From: Heptranchias perlo
Taxonomy: Eukaryota
Assembly: GCF_035084215.1 (NCBI RefSeq)
Contig: NC_090340.1
Location: forward strand, 15,376,001 to 15,440,000
DNA length: 64,000 bases
Direction of reading: 5' to 3'
Shown: piece by piece, positions 50,101 to 62,004 of the stretch
How positions within the stretch are numbered: the stretch's first letter is position 1
Layout: each line of letters starts with the position of its first letter
Notes under the pieces: model-generated
Seen by the model: only the letters and a program-made list of their open reading frames with translations
What the model was told of the DNA's origin: nothing
Database searches by the model: none
Program-made: the position numbers and the translations under genes

Positions 50101-52710
50101 GATGCCTCAAACGCCACTTTTTCCTGTGGGTGTTTATTGATTAGTATCTCTAGCATTAGTATGAATATGGAATCGAAGATGAATTCGTGGTTCATTCTTC
50201 ATTTCGGAGATGTCTTGTTCCGTGAGGATGATTCGAGTATGATCCGAGACCACTTTTTGGTCAATACTTGGACCATGTCATGACCTATCTCCTCTGACAC
50301 CCAAAAGATTTTATTTTTTAATACACCCTGTGACACTGGGAATACTAGGAATATAGTCCCATGTACTGGGTTGGTATATCCTCAAAATATCCGCCAGGCC
50401 CATCTCACTGCTAAATATAGAAAATATCCCTTCGACAACAACATAATTTTTACAATTCCTTCGGGAACGGTCCAACAGCAGATCTGAAGCAAGATTAAAA
50501 TTAACACCTTTTATAATTGACAGTTTAGGTAACTCTACTTTACACACTATTCGGGTATTGTGTCTGCCCATTATTAGGGACAAATACATTAACTAGAATT
50601 AATCTATCATTACAATATATCTACCCTCCAGAGCTTCGGTGTTCCATTATAAATGTACTCGACTTATGAATTAATATTACCACTCTAAATTTCCTCAAAT
50701 AAAAAAGGTCAATGTATTTCCTTCACGAAGGACTTCTTGGATTTTGAAGACCCTTTCTCATCAAAGTGGATCCGCTGTAGGAAGGCTACTCCCATCTTTA
50801 ATCGGCTTAAATATTGCCAAGGTTTAACGCAGTTCCGTGAATTTTGGATTCCCTTCACAATCCTGGTGATCAGCTTAATACGGGTACTACTGATCATCTC
50901 TGTGTTTTAAATTTGAAATCCTTGACCTGCATCCCCTTGACCCACCTCCAGTTACCTTAAACCTGAAAGCAACCTGTAGTCCCTAGGAGACATAAAATGC
51001 ATGTCGATTGTTCATTTACCGATTTCGCGCTACCAGCAGGAATTCTCGTCTGGCTGCTTTGCAAATTGAGAGATTGCGGGCAGTAGCATGAACTCGGAAA
51101 ATTAACTGTAAAGCAATAAGGGAAATTCTATCAAACTGTATCAGACGCTGCTGCACCTCATTGATGTCGGGGAAGTTCCTTAACTGAATACTTTCCGTGC
51201 TTCAGTTGCCGTACTTCCTTGTTGCCTCAAGGATCTTAGGTTTTTCTTGGAATCTGAGCGTTTTGAAAATGATTGTTCTTGGGGATTTGTGCATTATAGC
51301 AGGAGCCAGGACCCCCTCCATTTCCATCTTTGAAGATTCTGATCGCACCCGAAGCTCTGATAAGATACCTTGAGGATAACCTATGGTAATCTTCTCTTCC
51401 ACCACTCTGGAAGATTAACCAGTTGAAGATTATTATTCTTGGAGTGAATTTTCAAATCCCCTTTCTGAATTGTCAACTGCTGGCGGTATTTTCCTTCAGC
51501 ACATCAATCTCTTTCAATACCAACTCTAATGGATCTTCTGCCCCTAACAGCCTTTCCTCCAGCTCTGTAATCTATTTTCAGTCAATTTCTTTCTGAGAAA
51601 GGATATATCTTGCTAGGCCCCACTCTTGCTTTTATTTATGAAATTTGTGTGCGTGTGGGTGTTTATCGCCCTGATCCTCGTTTTAACACAAAAGCTTAGA
51701 CCCCATTCCCCGCCAAAGAGCAGCGTTACGAATGGATCATTAGCAATGTGGAGGCAGTTGGAGTATTATTACCTGAAAATAATTATAATTTATAAATTAC
51801 TCCGCTTTGAATCAATTTTATTATAATAATATCACTTTTCACGAGTCTGGTGCGATGACTGCATGTACTCGTATACGGGGCATACAACAGGGGCTAACTG
51901 TCCTCTTACCTATTAATATTCATTATTTTATTATATCCCATTATGTTTCAACGAGATTACATTCTGCATTTAAAATGCGTATTTAAAGTATGATATAAAA
52001 TTCGGTGCTTAATACACATGTAAAAACACAAATGTGAAAGTGCTGCAGATTCTTTAAAATGGTTGTCCATCCCTTAATTTTGCTGAGTTTTAAATATAGC
52101 TGAAACTCTCCGACTCCCCCGTACAATGACACTTACCGTACACAGTAAGCTGGGAGCCAGCTCCATCTCCAATAGATTTTTCCTGATGTTTTACTTTACA
52201 GTAATATATTCCGGAATCGTCGATACTCACATTCACGATATCAAAGGAACCACTTCCCTTTTTGACATTAAATTGCTTACTGTTATCTGGTTCCAGGAAC
52301 TTATTCTCGCCCCGTCTCCACCAAACAACATCGGGAGCATCTTGAAATAGGGGAAAAGTGCAGAACAAGGAAACATTTGCACCTCTGGCAACATTCACGT
52401 GTTTCGGGAATTGTTCCACTTTGCTCGAAGTTACTTCGACGTCTATCAAAAAATAAACAAGAAAACTGATATAATAGTGTGTACTTTCAGGGGGAAAAAA
52501 CAACAATTACGACTTAGAAATTTAAAAACAAGAAAATTAGCCAAATTAATAAAATAATGAGAAAGACGGAAAAAAGAAATGTGCACAAAATATGACGACT
52601 TTTTAAACACCAGATTTTTTCGATAAGCATAAAGCTGTAAGATGAACAAACACACCTGTGTAAATAATTCCGAGTAAAGATATGCACAAAAGTGCGGCGC
52701 TCACCGCCAT
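44157..52710 (-). CDS. Gene C: leader-VJ-TM(Arg)-short tail; NKp30/NCR3-like putative activating receptor, about 178 aa
   Basis: GT-AG exons on the minus strand: 52710-52656 (MAVSAALLCISLLGIIYT), 52442-52137 (V), 46833-46720 (GHSLSISLIMIVRLLLAFLVILALTGIIVDHVKISSIE) and 44218-44157 (GKGRLTISVSAAHNSSRAYH*). Total 537 nt, in frame. The last exon begins GK like the first cytoplasmic exon of B and D. No intact C1 exon was found. Confidence 0.72.
44326..44780. repeat. Minisatellite, 38-bp unit, about 12 copies
   Basis: Approximate unit CAATATCATTAGACTCAGAGGCACACTCACCACTGTAT. Confidence 0.95.
45311..45557. mobile_element. MITE with ~90-bp terminal inverted repeats (Harbinger-like GGG...CCC ends)
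   Basis: ggggggtaattttaacccccaagaacgggtgggttggg ... cccaacccacccgttcttgggggttaaaattacccccc. Confidence 0.85.
46020..46470 (-). mobile_element. Deu-domain SINE (SacSINE1-like)
   Basis: tRNA-like head, GAAGAGGAGCAGGGGAGTTTCCCCGGTGTC core and L2-like tail. Confidence 0.75.
48414..48780 (-). pseudogene. Decayed C1 pseudo-exon inside gene C intron 2
   Basis: Collinear fragments in shifting frames match gene D C1: CYLTGPVSENLTQT vs CETAEFYPENFTLT, IYEIANTCSEI vs LYEVSSTLEET, KFTF vs KYTC. It ends in a CAG|gtaagat donor identical to the gene B C1 donor. It contains stops and frameshifts. Confidence 0.55.
49950..51610 (-). mobile_element. Decayed L1/Tx1-like LINE (ORF1 3' part + endonuclease)
   Basis: PRTIIFKTLRFQEKPKILEATR (L1 ORF1-like); KGIQN..LKMGVAFLQ and GVNFNL..LDRS (APE-like). 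Confidence 0.6.
52137..52442 (-). CDS. Gene C VJ-type Ig V-domain exon
   Basis: LFCTFP...VWWR...IVNVSIDDSGIYYC...GDGAGSQLTVY; canonical splice sites, phase 1-1. Confidence 0.92.
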
Positions 52711-53486
52711 TCTGAGTGACGAACCTTAAACTGGCCAGAAGCTGCAAGGAATCACCAAGCTCCTGGTCCTTTGGAAGCCACGGGTTGCACGTGATCTAAA
52801 GTGACGTGTAATATCACGTGTCTAAATGTGCAATTTCAACAGATGCATTTCCTTTGATAAGTCAGACCACTCAGATACAACTGTCACCAAGTACTGTGGT
52901 CGGAACCCGTTAGATCCTAACTGATAGCAAATAGAATGCAGCACATTTTGCCCGAAATCAATTCTGGTTCTGTCGGTTAATAGCATGTGACATTTTTCTT
53001 AAACCAATGCTATAGCCAATTAGCTGTGAAGGATGATTAGTTTGGTGAGCAATTCTGGAGGAATGGGACGAGATTCTTTCTGGTTATCAAAAATTAGCGA
53101 CGTCCTAAATATAGGGTAAAGATTCACAATTTTCGTTATTTCTCGCGAGATCCCAAGTGCATTCTAAGATATTCCCATTTGAGAGCTGGGGGACTGGTCA
53201 GTATTGTGGGCGGAGACTCGTTCAGAATCTTAAAAGGCCCAGGCTACTTGTGCGTATTGTAGTTACACGTGTAACTTACTTGCGCCCAAAATGCCGCGGT
53301 CTGTGAAGTCATGTAACTTGTTTGCGCCCAGATTGCACTTCTCTCTCGGCGCAAATGCGGAGAGAACTCCAGGGTTTGACTCTTCCTGTCCTGTTCTTGT
53401 GGTGATAAAGCACTGTTGATTGTCCTGTTGGACTTGGTTCCGCCTATTCCTACAACACACCCTGGTCAGTGTAAAATAGAAACTCA

Positions 53487-53680
53487 TGTCCTTTGTTTGG
53501 TCTGTAACGCTAATGCTTAGAAATATTGTTAATTGTTCGTTTTGCCAGTCTGTGGACTGCTGCTCAAAGCAGACATCAGAAGAACATACAAGTAGCCTTA
53601 CAAACAACTCACGGCCAAAGTCAGCACAAGCATATACCCTATGCTCTCGCAGGAATGTTGGTGTTACACTGGTGAGCTAG
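53487..53680 (-). pseudogene. Orphan fragment of a family member: last intron plus start of terminal exon
   Basis: Aligns by eye with gene D 57020-57210. After the acceptor it reads TKQRT* vs IKQRAT. Confidence 0.7.
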
Positions 53681-54685
53681 CAGACAAGCAGACTTCAATC
53701 ATTTAAAGTTAATATTCTGTATGTCATTGTAAATTTAAAAGTTTTTTAATAAAATGTCAAAGAATTAATTGAATTAAATTAAAGAGACAGAAGGGAAAAG
53801 TAAAAAAAATAATGTTTTAATTTTAAAAATTGTTTTTAATGACCATAAACTATTAAAATAAGGAGTAATATGAGACTCCACGTTTTTATAAGTTAATGTT
53901 TTTTTGTTTGGCATTCATTAAGACATACCGCGCTGTTAAAACTTAGTTTAGACCTGGTATTTTTAAGTGTAACTGTTCGGTGGCAATAATTAGTTACTTT
54001 CCAGCTGGGCTGATAAGCAAGTTGGCGCTTTTTCAATGATTTCGAGGCTTGCATGTGATGACGCATTAATTCGAAGCTGTCATATCGCCTGCGAAGCACT
54101 GGGAGCAAAATCAGGATTTCCGCGTTTGAATGCGCATATGCAAACGTGGGAACTTGCTCCTTCAATTCGCCACTAAAAACGGAGGGAGCTGTTGAGCTCC
54201 TCCGTTATTTCGGGAGCGATTTCTGGCCCGTTGTTATAATTACACTGAAACATGCGATGAGGAACAACTGCTGCTATTCAACGCCAGATACGTTTTCAGC
54301 ATGTTTCAATTAACATAGTTAAATTCAGAACTAGAAGTGTTGGTGCATCGAGCTGAGCGAATGAACAATGTCGTTTACTTAACTCGAAAAAGCGATTCGC
54401 CTGTGTCAATATTTAGCAACACATCAGTGTAGCTTAACACCAGACGGTAAAACCCCCAGCTAATCATTTAAACTTTATTAGAACACAAGACTGATGGAAC
54501 GCCCACACGATGTCATTTTCATTCCTGTACCTAGATGTCACTTTTTCCGTTAAATAATTATCAAAATAATCTACAGCACTTCGACTCCACCTTGAAGCAA
54601 TGAATTGTTATTAGGTAAGAAAATCGAATGTAAAGTAAACTGAAACATAGTGACAGGTAAACAGTTACACGTTTACTTGCATTTA

Positions 54686-55960
54686 GCAAAGTGATGGAAG
54701 GTGTCGTCGACAGTGTTATCAAGCGGCACTTACTCACCAATAACCTGCCCACCGATGCTCAGTTAGGGTTCCACCAGGACCACTCGGCTCCAGACCTCAT
54801 AACACCCTTAGTCCAAACATAGACAAAAGAGCTGAATTCCAGAGGTGAGGTGAGAGTGACTGCCCATGACATCAAGGCAGCATTTGACCAAGTGTGGCAC
54901 CAAAGAGCTCAAGTAAAATTGAAGTCAATGGGAATCAGGGGGGATTCTCTCAATTGGCTGGAGTTATACCTAGCACAAAGGAAGATGGTAGTGGTTGTTG
55001 GAGGCCAATCATCTCAGCCCCAGGACATTGCTGCAGGAGTTTTAGGCCCAACCATCTTCAGCTGCTTCATCAACGACCTTCCCTCCATCATAAAGTGTTC
55101 AGTTCCATTTACAACCCCTCAGATAATGAAGCAGTCCATACCCACATGCAGCAAAACCTGACCAACATCCAAGCTTGGGCTGATAAGTGGCAAGTAATAT
55201 TCCCACCAGACAAGTGCCAGGCAATGACCATCTCCAACAAGAGAATGTCTAACCACCTCCCCTTCCCATTCAATGGCATTACCATCGCTGAATCCCCCAC
55301 CATCAACATCCTGGGGGTCACCATTGACGAGAAACTTAACTGGACCAGCCACATAAATATTGTGGCTACAAGAGCAGATCAGAGGCTGGGTATTCTGTGG
55401 CGAGTGACTCACCTCCTGACTCCCCAAAGCCTTTCCACCATCTACAAGGCACAAGTCAGGAGTGTGATGGAATACTCTCCACTTGCAACTCCAACAACAC
55501 TCAAGAAGCTCGTCACCATCTGGAACAAAGGAGCCTGCTTGATTGGGACCCCATCCACCATCTTAAACATTCACTTCCTCCACCACCGGCGCACTGTGGC
55601 TGCAGTGTGTACCATCTACAAGATGCACTGCAGCAACTCGCCAAGGTTCCTTTGATAGCTCCTCCCAAACCCGCGACCTCTACCACCTAGAAGGACAGGT
55701 GCATGGGAACTCTACCACCTGCACATTCCCCTCCAAGTCACACATCATCCTGACTTGGAAATATATCGCCCTTCCTTCATCGTCACTGGGTCAAAATGCT
55801 GGAACTCCCGACCTAACAGCACTGTGGGAGAACCTTCACCACACAGACTGCAGCGGTTAAAGAAGGCGGCTCACCACCACCTTCTCAAGGATAACTAGGG
55901 ATGGACAATAAATGCTGGCCTTGCCAGCGACGCTCACGTTCCATGAATGAATTTTTTTAA
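54686..55960 (+). mobile_element. CR1 RT 3' half (same family as 30355-33910)
   Basis: ORFs 54850-55161 and 54894-55655 are similar to the 582-aa RT and carry the family tail. Confidence 0.9.
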
Positions 55961-56535
55961 AGTGTCATTCGGGATAAAACTGCCCCGTTCTTGTAGAAAC
56001 CTGAGCTCATTAAGGCAAGTCAGCACGGATTTCGAAAAGGCAGATCATGCTTGACTTTCCTTGTAGAATTCTTTGACGAAACAGCAGAGCAGATTTTCAA
56101 AAAAATTGATAAAGTAACACCATAGGATAATGACTCTTGGAAGTAAGGGCAACAGTGGTGGAAGCAGGTTCAATGGGAACTTTCAAAACGGAATTGGATA
56201 TATACTTGAAAAGGAAAACATTGCAAGGTTTTGGTGAAGTGCTGGGGAGTGGTATTAATTGGGTAGCTCTTTCAAAGTGCCGGCACAGGCACAATGGGTC
56301 GCATGGACTACTCCTGTGCCGTAAGAGCATATGATTCTACGTGGCCACATGGGTAAACAGATCTTTGGAGGTCATAAAACAACGGGCAACTACTGGCGCT
56401 TCCTGCGTTCCATATCAGGAGCGTCACCTGGACTGGAAGTCAGAACGCAATAACGTTACACATTGCGTTTGGAAAATTTACTCGCAAAAAAGGAGCACGA
56501 ATCGTTGATTTGTAAGAGATCGTATATAATCTGTT

Positions 56536-56541
56536 TTTATT
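56536..56541 (-). terminator. Candidate polyadenylation signal of gene D
   Basis: AATAAA on the minus strand about 320 nt after the stop. Confidence 0.45.
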
Positions 56542-56863
56542 GAATTTATGTATGATGATAATTAGGTACAGCAAGACTATTAGCGTATCATTGTAATTGA
56601 AAATGTAGGCATTTGACTTCAGTTAAATAACACAGATTTAACATGAAAGTACGTCAGGAAAGTTTTTTTTTGTTAAAAGCATCTAAATGAAAATTCATCA
56701 AATAATTAAACAGAAGATAGTAACTACATACTGCATTCTCTGATACATGCGTTACCTCTCAGAGGGATGGTATCGCACTGTATCTAAACGCGCGGAGTTG
56801 ATACGGCAGCGGAAAGCGATCAGTATATACCAAAAAGTGACTCCTGAAACTAGAATTCTTTCA

Positions 56864-59800
56864 CTATTTGGTTCTTGCTTCGGAGTAGGCAGCCTCTGTT
56901 ACTCTTTGTTTTTTTGTCTGCAGCTGGGCATACTCTGTGCTTCTTTCGTTATTTTTGCATTTCCCCGTTTTCTCTGAGCCAGTCAATGCTAGAGTCGCGT
57001 ACGTCAGCTTGTCACGAGTTGCCCTTTGTTTGATCTGTAAAGCCAATTTAGAAATTTTGTAAATTGGTCGTTTTGCCAGTTTGTGGACTGCTGCTCAAAG
57101 CAGTCATCAGAAGAACATACAAACAGCCTTAGATACAACACATGGCCAAAGTCAGCACAGACATATGCCCGGCACTATCGCATGAATGCTGATGTTACAC
57201 TGGTGAGCTATGTTTCTCTGATCTGTTTCTCAGCCCTACCTGAGCGTACACAATCTTCTCTTCTCGTTTACCTCCTGGAGTTTTCCTGTCTCTGGTCAAA
57301 TCTAATGCAGTATAATGCAGTATCTCAGCCTCTGCTCCCTGCATGGGCCAGAAAGCGAATGATTGGTTATGTGGGCTGTTCATTGCCTTCACCAGTTTAC
57401 GTACTGCTAATCAAACATTGAACAGAATTACCTGGGCTGGAGGTCCAGTGCACAAATCATAATTAATATATTGGCTTAAGTGCGAATATTAAGGCCGGTG
57501 AGTGCTGTGGTCAATGTGACTAATATTTAAACCTGTCAAAATTCACTCTTCAACACTGTGTTACAGAAATATTTAAATAAGCATAAAGGTTTTTTTTCAA
57601 ATACAAGAATAGATGAATCTATAAACAATTATTACCGAGGTACATTTTCAATGAAACTGGCAGTTTTCTTTTCCTCTATTTATCCATTTTTACCAGCAAA
57701 GCATCGGATGTCAAATACGTTTCTAACCACGATTTGAATGATTCACTAAGACCGAATAAATATTTTAGTAAATTGACTTAAACTGTTCTGACATGATTAT
57801 GATAAAATCTCTCCATTATAGCAATCTTTCTTCACATTTGAGCCCTCTGGAGAGGACGAATGAATGAACGTACCAGCTCTTCACCACGGGTCGGTCCCAC
57901 TGCACGTCCCTGTTTACCTGGAAACGAATGAAATTAATGATATTGAAAGATTGAAATATTTACTCAGTTTCCATGTTAGTGACGTCAAAGACATTTCTAG
58001 AGTCCGTACAAAACCGAACATGATTTTCAATTTCAGATTGGACTGACAGTGTTAGAATCCCTGTCCTTGCAGCGATCCGCAATGGTGTAAAACCATTCCT
58101 CTTCGGAGCCTCACACCGATTCACTCAATCTAGTTGCGCCTCCACAACGGGATGGGTTGATAGGTGATTGTGTGTCAGGGTACATTTAATTTATCACGCT
58201 GCAAAGTGGACATTTCTGTTGCAAATACCCAGCTAATTATTTCCATTGCTAATGCGACTCTGTGAGGATTTCTGCGTCTTAAAGTGTATTTGGAACAATC
58301 TGCGCTTCCTGAAAACAGATAACACCGCCTTCAACTGGAAGTCTTAATCGAGTTCTCCTTCCCGTGTGTTACCCAGAGACTCTCACTAACCCTGAGGTTT
58401 CGGACTAAAATCAAACCCTTACAGTAGATCTTACCTTCATTATTCTGCAATCGGCACCGCCTCCCAATGAAGACCATGAGCACGAGAAACGCCAATCCAC
58501 CCACCGCACAGGCAGGAGCCCAGAAATAAAGGGACACATCAATGACACTAGCTGCAAGATTAATAGGAACACTAAGTTATGCCGGGCGTTTGCTAAAAAG
58601 AGGCCTGAAGATAGTTTATTGGTTAAACTATAGTTGATGCTTTCAGTAACTCTGCAGTACAGAACGGCAATAATGAATTTTAAATAAAAATATTATATTT
58701 TTAGATATATTTGAAGTAACTTATTCATTGAATGAGCGAGATATTCTGGATTAATCTGCGAAGCGGGCAACCGGTTTAGGGATCTCAAAACACTGTTTCA
58801 GGAGAGTAAGAATGTGAGAGTGATAAATTTCCCTGGACCGAATGGCGTGTTCTTGTCCTTGACCTTTCTTATTTATTAACATATAGTTTGAAGAAATCGG
58901 ACGGAATTTGGTCACACCCGTTCCCCGCACTAAATTCTGGATTGCAGCAATCGGCTAAAAACCCCATTCAATTATCCGCAATGTGATTTTTAAAGTAAAA
59001 ATGTCACTGAGTAGTAAAGGAAATCAACGGACGATGTTTTATTGATTATTGTCTGTCGAGGCTAAGAGTTCTTAATAAAATGATGCATTGAACCGGCTGT
59101 ACTGTAGCCAGGTTTCGGGCCCAGTTTAATTGAGATTTGTGCGACAGGTCCCAATCGAACCCACAGTGGCATGGAGAGGGGAGGGTTAAAAGTTGGACAG
59201 AGAGTTCATTTCAGAATTTTGCACTAGAAGTAGCAGAAAGGGGGATCAGGATCGAAACTGCATTGGGAGAAGCCCGTGATCAGACAAATTGACTGCAGCT
59301 CCTTTTAACAGTCTTCATGCAGGGATAGCCGGCAATGGTAAAGAATAAAACCATTTTGACGTGGAAACAAAAAAAGTGAAAAATTATTAATAGTAAGCAG
59401 GAGAGGAAAAATAATCGGATACAAAAGATTAACTCTTGTTTATATTTGTTATACGGCAAATAGAGGAATTTGAAGACAGATAGGGTGTAATTGAGAATAT
59501 TTGTGTGGCGGACGATATAACCCGGGTTCACAACACATCGTGTTCAAATATGTTATATATTAAAACAAGAATTTTATGTTTTCGTTGATATTTTCCACGA
59601 ACTATCTTCCTGATTATCAATATGTACAAACTCTACGATGTAGCTCATTGCGAATTTGACAGTAGCTGGACTGTTGGCCTCGTACCTGGGTTAGATTTAG
59701 TATAGGTGATAACAGCTGGAGTCTCGAGGGAGACATGAGATACCGAGCAGGTATATTTGGCGCCGCTCGAGACAGGCTGCGTCTCTTCCAAAGTGCTGGA

Positions 59801-62004
59801 AACTTCATACAGCCCCTCAATGTTCTGCCGTTTAACGGTGTGTATTCCTATTGCAGTTTCGACGCCATTTTTATACCAAGTGAGGGTGAAGTTCTCCGGA
59901 TAAAACTCAGCCGTTTCACACATAAGAATCTGAGGCGCAGATGAATTCACTTCAGCTGTCAGAGAGACAATAGTCAGTGGAGTTGGGGCAGCTGCGGAAC
60001 AGAAAATGAGCAAAATCGAGTTATCGGACACCATTGGGAGAAATATGATTCTGATTTACCTTCGGTCCATTTTATTTTAACAGCAACATTCCAAAGCACA
60101 GCCTCCTGTCGCTTTAATGTTAGGCACATCATCTACACACACCTCATCCATTTCTCTCATCGCCGCCGGCATCTGTTCAATTTTACCTTCGCTCTCGAGT
60201 CCAAGACATTGAGATATTCAACAGACACGTCACAACGATTGTCTGCGTTTCATAACCCAAATAATTAAATAAATAAATTCTGGGGGAGAGATGTCATGCC
60301 CAGTCCCTCCATGTTTGGTACTCACAGATAGACAGAGACAAGTAAGCTGCACGTTGTCGATGATAAAACGAGGGTATTAGTCGGTATCGGACAGATCTCA
60401 CAGCCGAGGCATGACAATTGGTGAAAGAAGCTATATTCGGTGGAAACTTAGACGGTTTCAGCAACACAGTTCCTGCGTATTGTATTTATTGGGGGTTAGT
60501 GAGGTGACAACGTTGTGAATTCCGAGCTCCAGTTTGTTGAGTGAATCCGTTAATCAACAGTTAGTCGCACGCTGGCTTTCAAATCCGTGACGCGAACGAG
60601 CCAATCATCATGTGAGAATTAATTTCGGGAATGATAAATCCCAGAGACAGCGGTGGGGGCAGACAGAGCTTCCAATTATATTCTCTGGCGTTTAGCAGAA
60701 TGAGAGGTGATCTCATTGGAACATATAAGATTCTAAGAGGGCTTGACAGGGTAGATGCTGAGACGATGTTTCCCCTGGCTGGAGAGTCTCGAACTTGGGG
60801 GCATAGTCTCAGGTTAAGGGATCGGACATTTAGGACTGAGATGAGGAGGAATTTCTTCACTCAGAGTAGTGAATATTTGGAATTCTCTACCCCAGAATGC
60901 TGTGGATGCTCAGTCGTTGAGTATATTCAAGACTAAGATCGATAGATTTTTGGACTCTGAGGGAATCAAGGGGTATAGGGACCCGGCGGGAAAGGGAGTT
61001 GAGGTCGAAGATAAGCCATGATCTTATTGAATGGCGGAGCAGGCTCGAGTGCTGTATGGCCTACTCCTGCTCCTATTTCGTATGTTATGTTCTTTTGTTC
61101 AAAATGGGCTAAGAGGCCTGTATATGGTGGTTAAGGCTCATTAATATAAACAATATTCATTTAAATTTATTCCGAACTTCCGCTATCAGACATCTGGTGT
61201 ATAGATTGTATTTGGAGTTATAGTCTATCTGGTTAATATTGATACTTCTTGCAGCATTCTGCGTATGAAGGGTTACATTGTATGTTTAATTAGCATTTCT
61301 ATACAGAGAACACGAACATACAACTTAACTTTCTCGCGAAATGTAATATAAATCATTATACTGTCAAAATTTGTACAATAAAACAATTTTAAAACATCCC
61401 CGTTTGTTGCGTTGGATATATTTGCGATAGTCCAGTTCTCCAGTGTTTCACACTCACCATGCACAATTAGATGTGATCCGGTTCCATTCCCTCGAACTAT
61501 ACCCTGACGCATCACTGCGCAGTGATAGATTCCAGAATCTTGGAAAGTCGCGCTCAGCAACTGAAAGAAACCGCTCGCTTTACTTTTCAGACCGAATCGT
61601 TTTCTGTCATCGGCGCTTGTGCGCAGGTATTCATTCTCACCCTGTTTCCACCAATGCACTCTTACCCAGGAATGGTCTTGAGAGATGGGGAATATGCAGT
61701 AGAAGGTGATGTTTCCCCCTCTGGATACAGACGCTTGTTCGGGCGCTTGAGTCACTCTGAATGAAGTGTGGTCCACAGCTACAGAAAACATAGTCAAGTA
61801 CGGATTAATTTTATTCGATGGGACATGGAGGTGAAAGAGAGAAAGAAGAATCGATATAGAGGAATTACCGTTCACTAAATTAATGTGGAAACTATTTTTA
61901 GGAAGCATTTTATAAATTAAAGTAGCTGCTATAGTGAATAAAGAGGTACCTGTGCAAATAATCCACCGAAGAGTCAGGCAAAGAAATAACAAATTCGTCC
62001 ACAT
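56864..62004 (-). CDS. Gene D: leader-VJ-C1-TM-four ITIM/ITSM-type motifs; SIRPalpha-like inhibitory IgSF receptor, about 370 aa
   Basis: GT-AG exons on the minus strand: 62004-61950 (MWTNLLFLCLTLRWIICT), 61778-61458 (V), 59991-59686 (C1), 58551-58435 (TM: LYFWAPACAVGGLAFLVLMVFIGRR), 57917-57874, 57338-57240 (LHYTAL...IVYAQ) and 57034-56864 (I...LTYATL...TEYAQL...AYSEARTK*). Total 1113 nt, in frame. Confidence 0.9.
59686..59991 (-). CDS. Gene D Ig C1-set exon
   Basis: ILMCETAEFYPENFTLTWYKNG...KYTCSVSH. Confidence 0.92.
60672..61092 (+). mobile_element. CR1 3' fragment in the gene D V-C1 intron
   Basis: RMRGDLI..TWGHSLRL..RRNFFTQ; 3' UTR GGCCTACTCCTGCTCC. Confidence 0.85.
61458..61778 (-). 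CDS. Gene D VJ-type Ig V-domain exon
   Basis: FYCIFP...HWWK...QDSGIYHC...GNGTGSHLIVH. Confidence 0.92.

Noticed and set aside
51726-51772. Extra gene C exon (GNNTPTASTLLMIHS*)
   Set aside because: A plausible acceptor, but no homology to family exons and no other support.
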